Below are positions 33,500 to 45,400 of a stretch of 64,000 nt of DNA, in pieces (the stretch's first letter is position 1; every line of letters begins with the position of its first letter). Source of the DNA: Setoptus koraiensis (lineage: Eukaryota; Animalia; Arthropoda); the NCBI GenBank assembly GCA_048013815.1, contig CM106586.1:2108001-2172000 (forward strand), written 5' to 3'. The notes under the pieces are model-generated. The model did no database searches. It had not been told where the DNA came from and saw nothing but the letters and a program-made list of their open reading frames with translations. Made by a program: the position numbers and the translations under genes.

Positions 33500-36400
33500 T
33501 TAATTGCTACTTCCATCTTGGTATATGGACCACGACGAGCCAATATGTAACATGATATCTTTAATAACTATTCTTAGTTCCGGCCTTAGATCGTGTTGTA
33601 AAAGAAGACAAATATTTGGATATAATGAAGAGATTAACTTTTTGAATTTACTCTCATCTTTTATATTGCAAACATTCGTCAATAGTGATGTTAAAAACTT
33701 CAACCATGATTTACAATGATCAGAGGTTGGACTTTCATTGGTGAGAATGCTGATGTAATAACACAACGAATCATTGCATAATGACACTATTCTGGTTTGT
33801 ATCACTTCTTCAAAACAACCTGCCTCGAATTGTTTCTGGGTTGCCGATATTCTTTGATCTTGAGACAGTCGAAATAATATTCTGGTGGCGCAAGCCAAAC
33901 TTTCAACTTCTTGGGTCCATAAGTTTGGACGGTGATCACCGTGAAAACCGGCTTTCCAAAGCATATCTCTTTGCTTTATATTACTATTGAATGACCGGGC
34001 AAAATTGTACGATTCTATTAAGTTATCTGATAGTAATAGTAACAATTCAGGCGACATACAATCGAATATACTTCCTTCTTCTTTCGATGACGATTTGGAA
34101 AATAGAATATTATCAATTGTTTGAATAAGTTCCACTTGAACTATACATTTTATCCTAATTGATGTGAATAGTTTGTGCATTGCTTCCATAGCTTCTTTTA
34201 AGTTTCTGCTTTCTTCGTCATCCTCAAAAGTAACTTTCTTCACTATCTTCTTTGTCTTTTGATCTATCATGGGTGGAGGGCGCTGTTTGAAACTAGATGG
34301 TGACCAGGTTACAATATCCTTCGCCACAGTTGCACCAAATATTTTTATTATTAGATTGACAGTTTTCAGCCAGGCATCATGATCGAACTGCTTACCACAT
34401 GTGACGACCAGATTCTCTAAACAATTAGTGCTAGATTTTGCTAGTTGCTCATTGTCTTGTTGAACACACCAGAATAGTTGAGAATAAATGTCGTCAAGAA
34501 GAAAATCTTTCAACACTTCAAAGTAACGACTGAAAACGTCGACTATAGAATATAAGGCGTGATTGCAGGTGGTTGTCATCCATTCACTTTTTTCTGATTG
34601 TAATTCTGGCAATTTCATATTATCAAATATTCTGAATATTATCCTGAATGAATCTTGCCACCAATTGATTTTAAATGATTCGCCATAAGTTTTGACAATC
34701 TCAAACATGACTGTCAAAGCTCTAGTGCGAACGTCCAATCTACAAGTTCCAACTATTCTGGACAGTTCAAATAGAATGGGAAACCAACCTCGTATCCATA
34801 TCCAAGAAGTTTCATTGTTATTATTATTTGTGATGGCGATGGCATTTTTGGCGGAGTTGTAGCTATTATTTGCAAGTGTGTCACCTTTCGTGGAATTCTC
34901 TGGACTGTGGAAATCTGGCTGAGACGAGTCAGAACTAATTGATTGATTATCCATTCTATAGGCTGGATTGCTACATACACCCTCTTTGAATGAATCAGGC
35001 ATACTAGCAACATATGTGGCGCAATGTCTTATCAATGTGATGGCCTCCATACTTGTATCAGAGGAGTGTTGACTACAAGCAAATTCCGATAAACATTTTA
35101 TGGCGTCTTGAAAAGAATCAATCATGATAGAATTATTCTTTTTGTAGTAATGATTGATTATATCTGAAGTGGTTGAAAACGATAATTCGACAATGGTTTT
35201 GTTGTCGTCCCATGCTGCAATTCTAAAAATGCAAAATATGTTCTTCCAACCAGACCTGATGTTATTTGCTTGAGAATTGACCATTTGACGTATACATCTA
35301 ACAACCATATCTTTTATATCGGTTGATGGATTCTTTTTCATTATATGCTCAAAAGGACGCAAGAAATCCTTCTGGAACCTGAAGTTTGCAAATTCACCCT
35401 TTTCTATAAACTTCATAGACAACTGCCTCAGGGAGTCAATCGCAAAAATGGCAACTTCCTCAATTGGGTTGCAACCAACATTGTTGAAATGATCTCCCAA
35501 TATAGACCAAATCCTAGACCATTGAAATCTGATACGATTCATATTGTAATAACTTATTTCCACCAACTTTTGTAGACTGAACATTCTAGGGTGATGTGGA
35601 TTAGCCAGCTCCTCGGCTGATACTTGACACAAGGCACGAACGAAATCCACAATGGCGTCACCATCCAAGAGCACAGATCCCGTGAATATACGATCTACAG
35701 CTACAACAATACTTTGAGATGCTGTCTCACTGAGATTGTCGTTCAGAAGTGTAGATAGGTTTGTGGCGTTTTGGTTAACGGTCGTTGCTTGGTCAGATGG
35801 TGAGATTATAGGTGATATTTGTTGACCGTTAGAGCCAATCAATTGTGCAAGCTCTAATTGTGAAATACATCTGAGTATGTCCAACCAGGAATGCCCAAGA
35901 TAGTTGCCCTCTGAATGAGCAACCATTATCAGGGTTTTGATTGCATTGATGTTTTTGGCTTTCCTTTCGGTTATTGGCACGGAGCTAGTTGTCAATAATG
36001 TAAATCTGGCTAACGCTTGAACATAAGCATCTCTTTCTGTCTCCATTCTGAATGTACCAGCTATTCTTATGGCATTACTGATTCCATGCAGACACAAATC
36101 AGTTATATCTATATCATCCATATCTTGAAGTCCAACACTGAAAGCAGCCAAAAAGGGTGTCCAGGCAATCTTAAACATTGGTTTAACATGTTCAACGTGT
36201 TTTGCTGATGTGAATTGAGCTTCTACATGGGAGACACTTTCCATCAAAGCTCTAGCAGATTCGGCCATACTTTCCATCTCTATGTTATACAATCGACGTT
36301 GCTTCTTGCCACTGGCAACAAGCTTTGTTCCCCTCTTTGAGTTGCTAAGTTGATTATTGGTACCTTTAATCTTGATTTCACTCGTTGATATCTCATCATA

Positions 36401-38620
36401 AATTTGCGATAGATAATCAACCGGAACTCCTCGATCTTTATTCTCTGGTTGATTCATTTTTATATATTGCTCTTTTGTCATCTTATTCTTGATTTGAGGT
36501 GAATGCAGATCAGTCGTCAATATTATAATTGAGTAACAAAGAACATAGGCAACATCGGCGCTCTGAAATAATGTATTATTGGGGTTCGTACCACAATAAC
36601 GAGCAGCAAACTTTTCCATGAGTCTATCAATCTTTTGAGCTTCACCAGGTAATCGGAAATGATCCAAAAAGTTTCTTAGAGCAGAAACTATGTCTCTTCC
36701 AGAGAAGTCCATCTGATCAACAAATTCGTACATGATCTCTTTATTGTTCAAGTCTCCAATATACTCGCCCAGGGTTGTTTTATCCAATTTTTCGTTGTTG
36801 TTATGCAAGAATCGAGCGATGCATGTAAGCTCATGGCCTAGGTGGCCATGCTGTTGCAGAAACTTAACACCTTTGTCTGGTTTTCTATTGAACAAGTCAA
36901 TGCCTTGCTCTATCAAACCTTTCTGAAATTTAACCACTTCGAATTGTTCCGGATCATCGGCATTATTTGAGTTAGCCTGACTGTTGTTAGAGTTGGCATG
37001 AGGAATGTCCCCGGATGGAACAACAGATTGTTGATTATTGGGCGCTGTGAGGTAAGGGTTTACATAGAGATCTTTACTCCATTCAACCATACACCTAAGT
37101 ATAGACATTAAACATTCGTATCCTCTGATCCTCAAATTCATATCTCGAATATTACTAGAGGCATCGTTGGTATTTGATTGGCCTTTACCGTGGGCAATTC
37201 TTGCAAGATCTGTCACCAATCTTTCAAATATATTAGCAGAATGTAAATCACAGTCGTAATTAACATATATATCCACTATGCATTGTGCATCAGAACATAG
37301 TGACGTTAAGGCCTCCATAACTATCCACCTGTGATCAAAAGAACTTGAAGAGTTCTCAATGATATTAAGAATAATTTCCTTGAAGAATACCTCAATCTGC
37401 ATTTTAAGATGAGTTTTGAACTTTTTCAATAATGATATGAAAATTGATAATGATAAATGAAATATTTCGTTGATGTTGGATAAGCCATTCTTTGACAAGG
37501 CGACACATAAATATTGTTTGATTGCAGATGAGAATATCTCGCTTATTTGTAAAACCGGCCCACCCTTATTGAGAATTTCTAGTATCATCTGTAAAGATAG
37601 AATCTTGGAACGAAGTGGGTGTTCATCTGACACTGGTTTCATTGATAGACTACACAGGAAATGAAAAACTATATAGGCGTCATAATGTAAAACTTGAGCG
37701 TAGGTCATAGGTATAAAATTTTGGCTAACAATACTATCTGTATCTTTGCAATCAATGGATGTGTTTGAAGTTTGGACACTAGACGGTTGATTTCCTGATT
37801 CTCCAAATCCGTTTGTTGCTGGATTGTTCACTCTCTGTGACTCTCCCATGCCGAAAGCAGAGGATAGAGTAAAGCTCGCTGATTGGGCCCATAAAGTTGG
37901 AGATGCTATATATTTAGTTATATTGTTGATGCTAGTTGTCATAGGACTTGGAGATGATTTACCGCTGGATTTAACATAGTATGGCTGAAGATCGTTGTCT
38001 ACTTTCAAAATGACGTCACCTAAACATTGTGCTACGATATAATCTATTGCCCCTTCGTTATTAGATTCATGCTCTTGATTGCAATATGTCTCCATCCGGT
38101 GGAAAATAGCATTAAGCATTTGTTCCAAAGTAGCTTTGGCAGCATTCTGGTTATTTCCCTTTCGACTAGATAAGTATATATTGAAGCATGTTTTTACAGC
38201 TAATAGAATGCTAGATTCGTGAACCTGGCATGCTTGAGAAATTACTAGGGTATTGAGGGCTTGTATGATGCGCAACTGAACACCATCGTCCGTACTGGGT
38301 CCATGAAAACAATGACAAATTGATTCAACGATTGTATCAATAAGCAGACCTTTATTTCTAGTTGGATCGGGCCTCGTCCCTTTGAGATATCCATAATCTA
38401 TCAGCTTTCTTATGCAATCTAGAGATGTTATAACTATCTTACTCGATCTAGATTGACAGGCCAATTTTAACAGAGGGAAACCTGGCTCCAGTATGGAATC
38501 TTTATCGGTGGCCATCTTGTGAGCGATCAGCATATTTGACAGATTACTGACCGCCTTCATTGCAGCATCTAGGGGATTGTTGTCATCATTCAGATGTCCA
38601 GACGACGTTTGTGACGACAT
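33500..38620 (-). CDS. Sec71: Brefeldin A-inhibited ARF guanine-nucleotide exchange factor (BIG1/BIG2; Sec71), intronless, 1706 aa
   Basis: DCB and HUS (YVNYDCD) domains; Sec7 domain FRLPGEAQKIDRLMEKFA and YSIIILTTDLH; HDS segments FSLQKLVEISYYNM and GWFPILFELS. Confidence 0.95.
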   Translation of the reverse strand: MSSQTSSGHLNDDNNPLDAAMKAVSNLSNMLIAHKMATDKDSILEPGFPLLKLACQSRSSKIVITSLDCIRKLIDYGYLKGTRPDPTRNKGLLIDTIVESICHCFHGPSTDDGVQLRIIQALNTLVISQACQVHESSILLAVKTCFNIYLSSRKGNNQNAAKATLEQMLNAIFHRMETYCNQEHESNNEGAIDYIVAQCLGDVILKVDNDLQPYYVKSSGKSSPSPMTTSINNITKYIASPTLWAQSASFTLSSAFGMGESQRVNNPATNGFGESGNQPSSVQTSNTSIDCKDTDSIVSQNFIPMTYAQVLHYDAYIVFHFLCSLSMKPVSDEHPLRSKILSLQMILEILNKGGPVLQISEIFSSAIKQYLCVALSKNGLSNINEIFHLSLSIFISLLKKFKTHLKMQIEVFFKEIILNIIENSSSSFDHRWIVMEALTSLCSDAQCIVDIYVNYDCDLHSANIFERLVTDLARIAHGKGQSNTNDASSNIRDMNLRIRGYECLMSILRCMVEWSKDLYVNPYLTAPNNQQSVVPSGDIPHANSNNSQANSNNADDPEQFEVVKFQKGLIEQGIDLFNRKPDKGVKFLQQHGHLGHELTCIARFLHNNNEKLDKTTLGEYIGDLNNKEIMYEFVDQMDFSGRDIVSALRNFLDHFRLPGEAQKIDRLMEKFAARYCGTNPNNTLFQSADVAYVLCYSIIILTTDLHSPQIKNKMTKEQYIKMNQPENKDRGVPVDYLSQIYDEISTSEIKIKGTNNQLSNSKRGTKLVASGKKQRRLYNIEMESMAESARALMESVSHVEAQFTSAKHVEHVKPMFKIAWTPFLAAFSVGLQDMDDIDITDLCLHGISNAIRIAGTFRMETERDAYVQALARFTLLTTSSVPITERKAKNINAIKTLIMVAHSEGNYLGHSWLDILRCISQLELAQLIGSNGQQISPIISPSDQATTVNQNATNLSTLLNDNLSETASQSIVVAVDRIFTGSVLLDGDAIVDFVRALCQVSAEELANPHHPRMFSLQKLVEISYYNMNRIRFQWSRIWSILGDHFNNVGCNPIEEVAIFAIDSLRQLSMKFIEKGEFANFRFQKDFLRPFEHIMKKNPSTDIKDMVVRCIRQMVNSQANNIRSGWKNIFCIFRIAAWDDNKTIVELSFSTTSDIINHYYKKNNSIMIDSFQDAIKCLSEFACSQHSSDTSMEAITLIRHCATYVASMPDSFKEGVCSNPAYRMDNQSISSDSSQPDFHSPENSTKGDTLANNSYNSAKNAIAITNNNNNETSWIWIRGWFPILFELSRIVGTCRLDVRTRALTVMFEIVKTYGESFKINWWQDSFRIIFRIFDNMKLPELQSEKSEWMTTTCNHALYSIVDVFSRYFEVLKDFLLDDIYSQLFWCVQQDNEQLAKSSTNCLENLVVTCGKQFDHDAWLKTVNLIIKIFGATVAKDIVTWSPSSFKQRPPPMIDQKTKKIVKKVTFEDDEESRNLKEAMEAMHKLFTSIRIKCIVQVELIQTIDNILFSKSSSKEEGSIFDCMSPELLLLLSDNLIESYNFARSFNSNIKQRDMLWKAGFHGDHRPNLWTQEVESLACATRILFRLSQDQRISATQKQFEAGCFEEVIQTRIVSLCNDSLCYYISILTNESPTSDHCKSWLKFLTSLLTNVCNIKDESKFKKLISSLYPNICLLLQHDLRPELRIVIKDIMLHIGSSWSIYQDGSSN

Positions 38621-38931
38621 TTCCTCTGTGTATTAAATTGATAATATCCTCCTCGAATTAGATAATATCTAACAACAATAATAATAACAGATTGTTTTTT
38701 GTTTGTATTTGTCATGAAGATAGTGCACCCAACTGACGAATGTTGTCAGATGCTCAAATGTGATGCTTGATGCGGCATACCTACACATACCCGATGAAGC
38801 CACGCCCTGTCATACCTGAACACACCCACTTGAAGGGTACGGTTAATGAATAGAGGGGATTTCCATCAGGCACTTGAACTGGCTTGCCAAAGTGAGGGTA
38901 TAGCAAGTGAGGGGTGTTTCAACCTAGGGTG

Positions 38932-39169
38932 GTGTGCGGCAGTGTGCGAAAAGTGTGCGAAATGTGCAAAATGTGCAAAATGTGCGAAAGTGTGCGAAAG
39001 TGCGGCAGTGCGAAGGCCTTTCTGAGTGTGAGACACCAGGAGGCGCTTTCTCTACATACAAATTTCAATGCGATTTCAACAATTTCGCACAAATTCGCAC
39101 TGCGGAAAAGTGCGCGGGTGCGGCATGTGCGAATTTTGTGCGAAAACTCTCCGTGTGCGGCTATGTGCC
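38932..39169. repeat. Degenerate array of (T/G)GTGC(G/A)AAA-type motifs in the Sec71/Ubr1 divergent intergenic region
   Basis: About 9 direct GTGC(G/A) units at 38932-39013, two inverted TTCGCAC at 39084-39100, then further direct units to 39169. Confidence 0.8.
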
Positions 39170-39437
39170 TATTTCAATCTATACGTTTGCTTATATAAAA
39201 ACACACTGAGCTTTCTACTCTCTTTATTGCATTTAATTACAATAATAGATCTAGTTCAAAGCAATAACAAGAAATGATGTGACATGTAGGTTCATTGCAA
39301 CTTGATCCGGTAACACCTCATTCGACTAGGATACACCGCACATAAACACAATAAAAACATAATTACTATTATCACTCTTACTTTTAATATTATTTTACAT
39401 TATTTTGAATAACTATCCTCAATAATAATATAATTAT

Positions 39438-42400
39438 ATGACTAATATCAAAATGTTAGATCTGGTTAATGATATAATGATCAATTGGGAATCATGGACA
39501 CCAATAGAAATATACGAATCAGCTGAACCAGACAGATTCTTTCAACTACTAGGGCAACAAATAGCCAAGGATGTGATACGATATTTGTCACCACAATTGT
39601 TGACTGATCCTCAGGGTGGCAATTATGATGATAATGCTATATACGTTAATATATTTGAACCAATTGAAAAATTTATCTGCAATTTACCTGAATCTGCCTC
39701 ACGTGAAGAATTGAGAAAAAAGATACAATCCCTCAAGAGCTCAGATGAACCGTCTACATTGTGTGGTAGAATATTCAAGCATGGCGACGTTACTTATTTT
39801 GTCAAGAAATGCAGTTTCGATCAACTAGTGTAGTTTGTAACGATTGCTTTGAGGAGTGTAATATAGGATCATATTACAAGATGTCATTCTCTGGTGGGGT
39901 TATGTGATGTGTGATTGGTTTGCAAAGCTGGTAACAAATACGGCTTTGCTCAGGATGATGGAAGCATCATCGTCAAGATCAATTGGGTGAAGATCTAAAT
40001 GTGATAGCGATTCCTGTAGGGCTTCAGGGACTTCAGAGGACTAGATAAAAAGCTACTTCTAGTTGTAAATTCTGATTACGTTATGCATATACGATGTTCA
40101 TTGGAAAGAATATTAAATTGCGATTTGTTAACCAATGCTGATGATGACACTATCAATCGTCTAACTAATATGATCACAAATTATAATTTCTTCACTGTTC
40201 CTTTAAATGAAGTCAATACTATGATAGTTTATATCAACATAGAAACGTTACTAAAATGCACCAAACAAGCGACGTCTAACGGCATCTCCAAAAGTAGAGA
40301 TGGAGTTCTATAGTCACTATGGGACTTACAAAACTGTTGTCNNNNNNNNNNNNNNNNNNNNNNNNNNNNNNNNNNNNNNNNNNNNNNNNNNNNNNNNNNN
40401 NNNNNNNNNNNNNNNNNNNNNNNNNNNNNNNNNNNNNNNNNNNNNNNNNNNNNNNNNNNNNNNNNNNNNNNNNNNNNNNNNNNNNNNNNNNNNNNNNNNN
40501 NNNNNNNNNNNNNNNNNNNNNNNNNNNNNNNNNNNNNNNNNNNNNNNNNNNNNNNNNNNNNNNNNNNNNNNNNNNNNNNNNNNNNNNNNNNNNNNNNNNN
40601 NNNNNNNNNNNNNNNNNNNNNNNNNNNNNNNNNNNNNNNNNNNNNNNNNNNNNNNNNNNNNNNNNNNNNNNNNNNNNNNNNNNNNNNNNNNNNNNNNNNN
40701 NNNNNNNNNNNNNNNNNNNNNNNNNNNNNNNNNNNNNNNNNNNNNNNNNNNNNNNNNNNNNNNNNNNNNNNNNNNNNNNNNNNNNNNNNNNNNNNNNNNN
40801 NNNNNNNNNNNNNNNNNNNNNNNNNNNNNNNNNNNNNNNNNAACTACTAGGGCAACAAATAGCCAAGGATGTGATACGATATTTGTCACCACAATTGTTG
40901 ACTGATCCTCAGGGTGGCAATTATGATGATAATGCTATATACGTTAATATATTTGAACCAATTGAAAAATTTATCTGCAATTTACCTGAATCTGCCTCAC
41001 GTGAAGAATTGAGAAAAAAGATACAATCCCTCAAGAGCTCAGATGAACCGTCTACATTGTGTGGTAGAATATTCAAGCATGGCGACGTTACTTATTCCTG
41101 TCAAGAATGCAGTTTCGATCCAACTTGTGTAGTTTGTATCGATTGCTTTCAGAGGAGTGTACATAAGGATCATCATTACAAGATGTCCACTTCCTCTGGT
41201 GGAGGCTTATGTGATTGTGGTGATGTTGAAGCTTGGAAACAAAATTACGCTTGCTCAGATCATGGCACAGCATCATCGCAAGATCAATTGGGGCAAATAT
41301 CTAAATGTGATACCGCGAGTCATGCTAGGGCCATCAGGCGACTTCCACTAGGAATAGATAAACGATACCTTCTAGTCTGTCAATCAGCATTACGTTATGC
41401 ATATAAGATGTTCACTTGGAAAGAATACCTTAAATTGCCTGATTTGTTCAAACCCAATGATGATGATGACACTATCAATCGTCTAACTAATACTGATCAC
41501 AAATCTAATAATTTCTTCACTGTCCTATTCAATGATGAAGTTCATACTTATGATCAAGTTATATCAACATTAGAAACAGTTATAAAATGCACCAAACAAG
41601 CAGCTAGTATAACGGCATCTACAATAAGTAGAGAGGGTCGTTCTATAGTCAATATGGGCACTTACAAAACCTGTTGTCAAACTAAGGAAGAAATCCGTAA
41701 ACTGTCTGAAAAAATGGCCAATGTGCCACAATTGAAAGTTGAAATCATACATGGATCCGTCCTGGCACATCAGGCCTTCGCAAGCAAACTTCTCCTATGG
41801 ATCAAAGAAATGTCTAGCTATTGCGACGCATTCAGATTCATTACCGCCATCGCACTTCAAGGTCCAGACTTAGATAAAGTCCTGAATATGACACTTATTG
41901 AGCAGATCATGTTGAACAATACAAATTTCTGGAAAATGGTTCGAGTTCAATGGAACGACATAATAATCAGTATTATGCTGATGGACTATAAATCTAAGCA
42001 GATTTTCTCTACATTATTCACTAGAAATTACAAGAAACTCATGGAAGAATACATTGCTGATGACCATGAGCATGCCGTTAGCGTAGCATCTATGACTGTT
42101 CAAGTTTACACTGTGCCATCATTATCGTATCTGATGATGGAGGAAGAAAACGCTCTGCAAATACTTTCCGAGACCTTCCTTGGTCAGTGTCAAGCCTACA
42201 AACGTGAGAATAGACTTAATTTCGAGCGTCGGACGTCATTCGATATACAGGCATTTCGAAGATCTATGTCTATTCTTAGTGATTTAGAATATCTCCTTCA
42301 TAAGAAACCGGACAGATGGACCGATAAGCTCAGGCGTAATTTTGAAAAAGGTGCATTGAACTTCATCAACCTGTTAGCATGGATGCAAGGAATGGATTCT

Positions 42401-45400
42401 GTGAAGCGCCAACTCGGCCAACACCTTGAATATGAACCTGAATGGGAGTCGGGTATGGCATTACAGAATCGACTTATTCCTGTGCTTGGACGTCTTATTG
42501 ACTGGGCAGCAGACGATGAAGAAACTCTTGAAAATGTTCTGCTGACCGCATTAGAGAGATTCCTGGAGATATACAATGAGGAGGGTAGACTGTATACCTT
42601 ACGAGAGGTATGGAATCATAATGCCAAATGTGTCCTCTATGATGTTGCCTTTTCTCCTGTCTCTGTTCATCTTCCTTTGACAAGGTTCATTGCCGGCTTA
42701 TTGTTGGGTTATATGCCGAAGTTTTCATTGATGGAGGAGACGAATTTAAATAATTTGATTGATACCAATATTGTTGAAATGATGGAACCATCTTTAAGAA
42801 CACAAGTAATGATTGCGCAATTCAGGGCTGGGATGTGGCGAAGAAACGGATACTCATTGATGAATCAGATTTACTGTTACCATAATACTAAAACTCGAGA
42901 TGAAATGCTCGATCGAGACATCTTAATGTTGCAATTAGGAGCATCTATGATAGACCCAGACAAATTTCTAATCCATCTTCTTGACAAGTACAATTTGATC
43001 GCGTGGGCCACCGATGAATGGCCCAACGATAAAAGTCAACGAAGAGATGATGAAAATTTTGCTCAAACTATATCTATAGCGGAGGAATTTTTACATTTAC
43101 TATTAACAATCATCGGTGAAAGACACAAAGTTGGGGTAGGTAAATGTACTCAGGACGACATACTCAGAAACGAAGTGATCCAGTTACTTTCAATTGAACC
43201 ACTTAGTAGATCTGATTTGATAAATTTACTTGCCCCGGATAGGAATATAGATTTAGACTGCATAGAAACTGTGGCCGATTTTAAGCGACCAAGCCCATCA
43301 GTGAGTGGTAGATATGAGCTTAAAGAGGAATACTACGACAGATTTAATCCATATTTCTATCACTATTCTAGACGCGATCAATCCAACGCTCAAGACGCGC
43401 AACTGAAAAGAAAGAAAGCTCGAGGTGAGCGCCTTATTTGTTGTCCACCACCATCGCCGATAGAAATAACAAGAGAATTTTCGTATCTGCTCAACATCTT
43501 GAAAAGTGACATAATGTTGGAGATCATGAAGATAGTCATAGAAAGAACTCTGAAAGCCGATACCGGTGTGACTATAAGATTTTATCCAACAGAAAATCAG
43601 TTGGAGAAAGTTTTGCATCTCATTGGTTTGGGACTGTACGAACAAGAGCGTGACCCTGCTGAATTCAATTTCATCGAGGAGGCTACTAAGAAGGATATAT
43701 TCAAATTGTTGGATAGATGTTTGAAGCTCAAACAAGGTAGGGACTTGATAGTTTGGGTAATAGAAAAATTCAAAGATGTGGTCAACAAACAGTCAAAAGA
43801 CTTGGATGTCAGAACTATATCCACATTTTCTCAGATAGGAGCAGAACTTAATTCATCTTCAGTTGATTCCACGAACAGCTCTCAAGACGAAAAGAGAAAG
43901 AATCAAGAATTAGCAAATAAACGAAAGGCTCGCATAATGGCTCAGATGAAAGCAAGCCAAGAAAGATTTCTCTCTAACTGTGCTAAACAGGCGGAGCGAG
44001 AAGCAATCAGTGAACAAGCTAAGTCATCATCCTCGCCCCGTCTGCAAATGCCCACCTCATCACTGCCTAGTCAGACCTCATCCACTGCTGGTTCTCAAAA
44101 TCTAAGTGCAGACGCTACCATTTCTACTCCCAGGAGCAGTCATGAGCCCCAACAAACCTCAGGTTTGCCACCCAGATACAACACTAGATCGACAAGTCTT
44201 AGGAAACCAATCATAAATATGCTAGCTAATCGACGTTCAACATCTACTGCTAAGACGACAGACAAGTTATCAGGTGCAAAGGACGATGATGATGCCGATT
44301 GTACCATGGATTCATCATCAACCAAAGATGAAGAATCTAACCAAGAAAAGATAAGCTTATTGTGTATATTCTGTCGTGAGGAACAGGTGATAGGTTTTGA
44401 TCAGCCATGTATGGTGTTATCGGCCTTCGTTCAACGTTCCACGGTATTATCTAAAAATCGGCATCGTACCATACCTAGCTACACTGCCTCATATTCTTCA
44501 TCCAATCTGTCTTCTTCATCCGATTCGGACCAATGTAACGAGTCCAGTGATAGTTATGATCCCCTATTTATGTCCTCTGATTTATATTTTGGTCCGCATG
44601 TGTCCACTTGTGGCCATGTAATGCATCACAGTTGTTGGCAAAAGTATTTTGAATCTATTGAACGGAAGGAGAGATCTAGACCAACTCGTTATGGTAGAAA
44701 CAACTCTTACGAAATTGATCGCAACGAAGTACTATGTCCATTGTGTGAATGTATAAGCAATTCAGTCATACCTATTTTGCCAAAATTGACCCGTGTATCA
44801 TCTAAGAGTCGAACTGTATTCTGCACTTCAGAAAGAGATTTCCAAAATACTACTGAAAACCTGGATACATGCATCAAGGCACTACATCACGCTGTACAAT
44901 GTCTCAGGACTACTAGACACTTGACTAAAAGTCTGACACAAACGACAACAAGGCCATCAACAACGGCATCCGCATCTGCATCAATAACAACACAAAACCC
45001 AAACGAAGACGACAGATATATCACACGTTTCAAGCCGAAAGAATTGAATAAGGTTCTAGAAGAATTACCAGAGCCGATGGGTTTGTCTTTCAGACAGTGC
45101 ATTGAAGATTTTCGTACTAATAGAATCGACGCCAATGTATTCCCCAAGTCAATGTTGGAAACTATGTCAGGTTTATCACAACGTATCTATATGATTGGAT
45201 TAAACCAGCAACCTAATCAACATGATGATCGCGTTCCCCTAATGACCTATTGGAGCGTCTCTTATTCAATACAAGCTCTCGAGAGGTTGATGAGGGACAA
45301 AAATCAGCCTATATTTCAAGCGGACATGTCATCGAGAAATCTGTGTCTTCTATCATTGATAAAATTTTCGACAGCTTCAGTAATGATACACCCATCTGAT

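Noticed and set aside
39438-39833. 131-aa ORF as an independent short UBR gene
   Set aside because: It is the true Ubr1 N-terminus running into error-rich duplicated sequence, not a separate gene.
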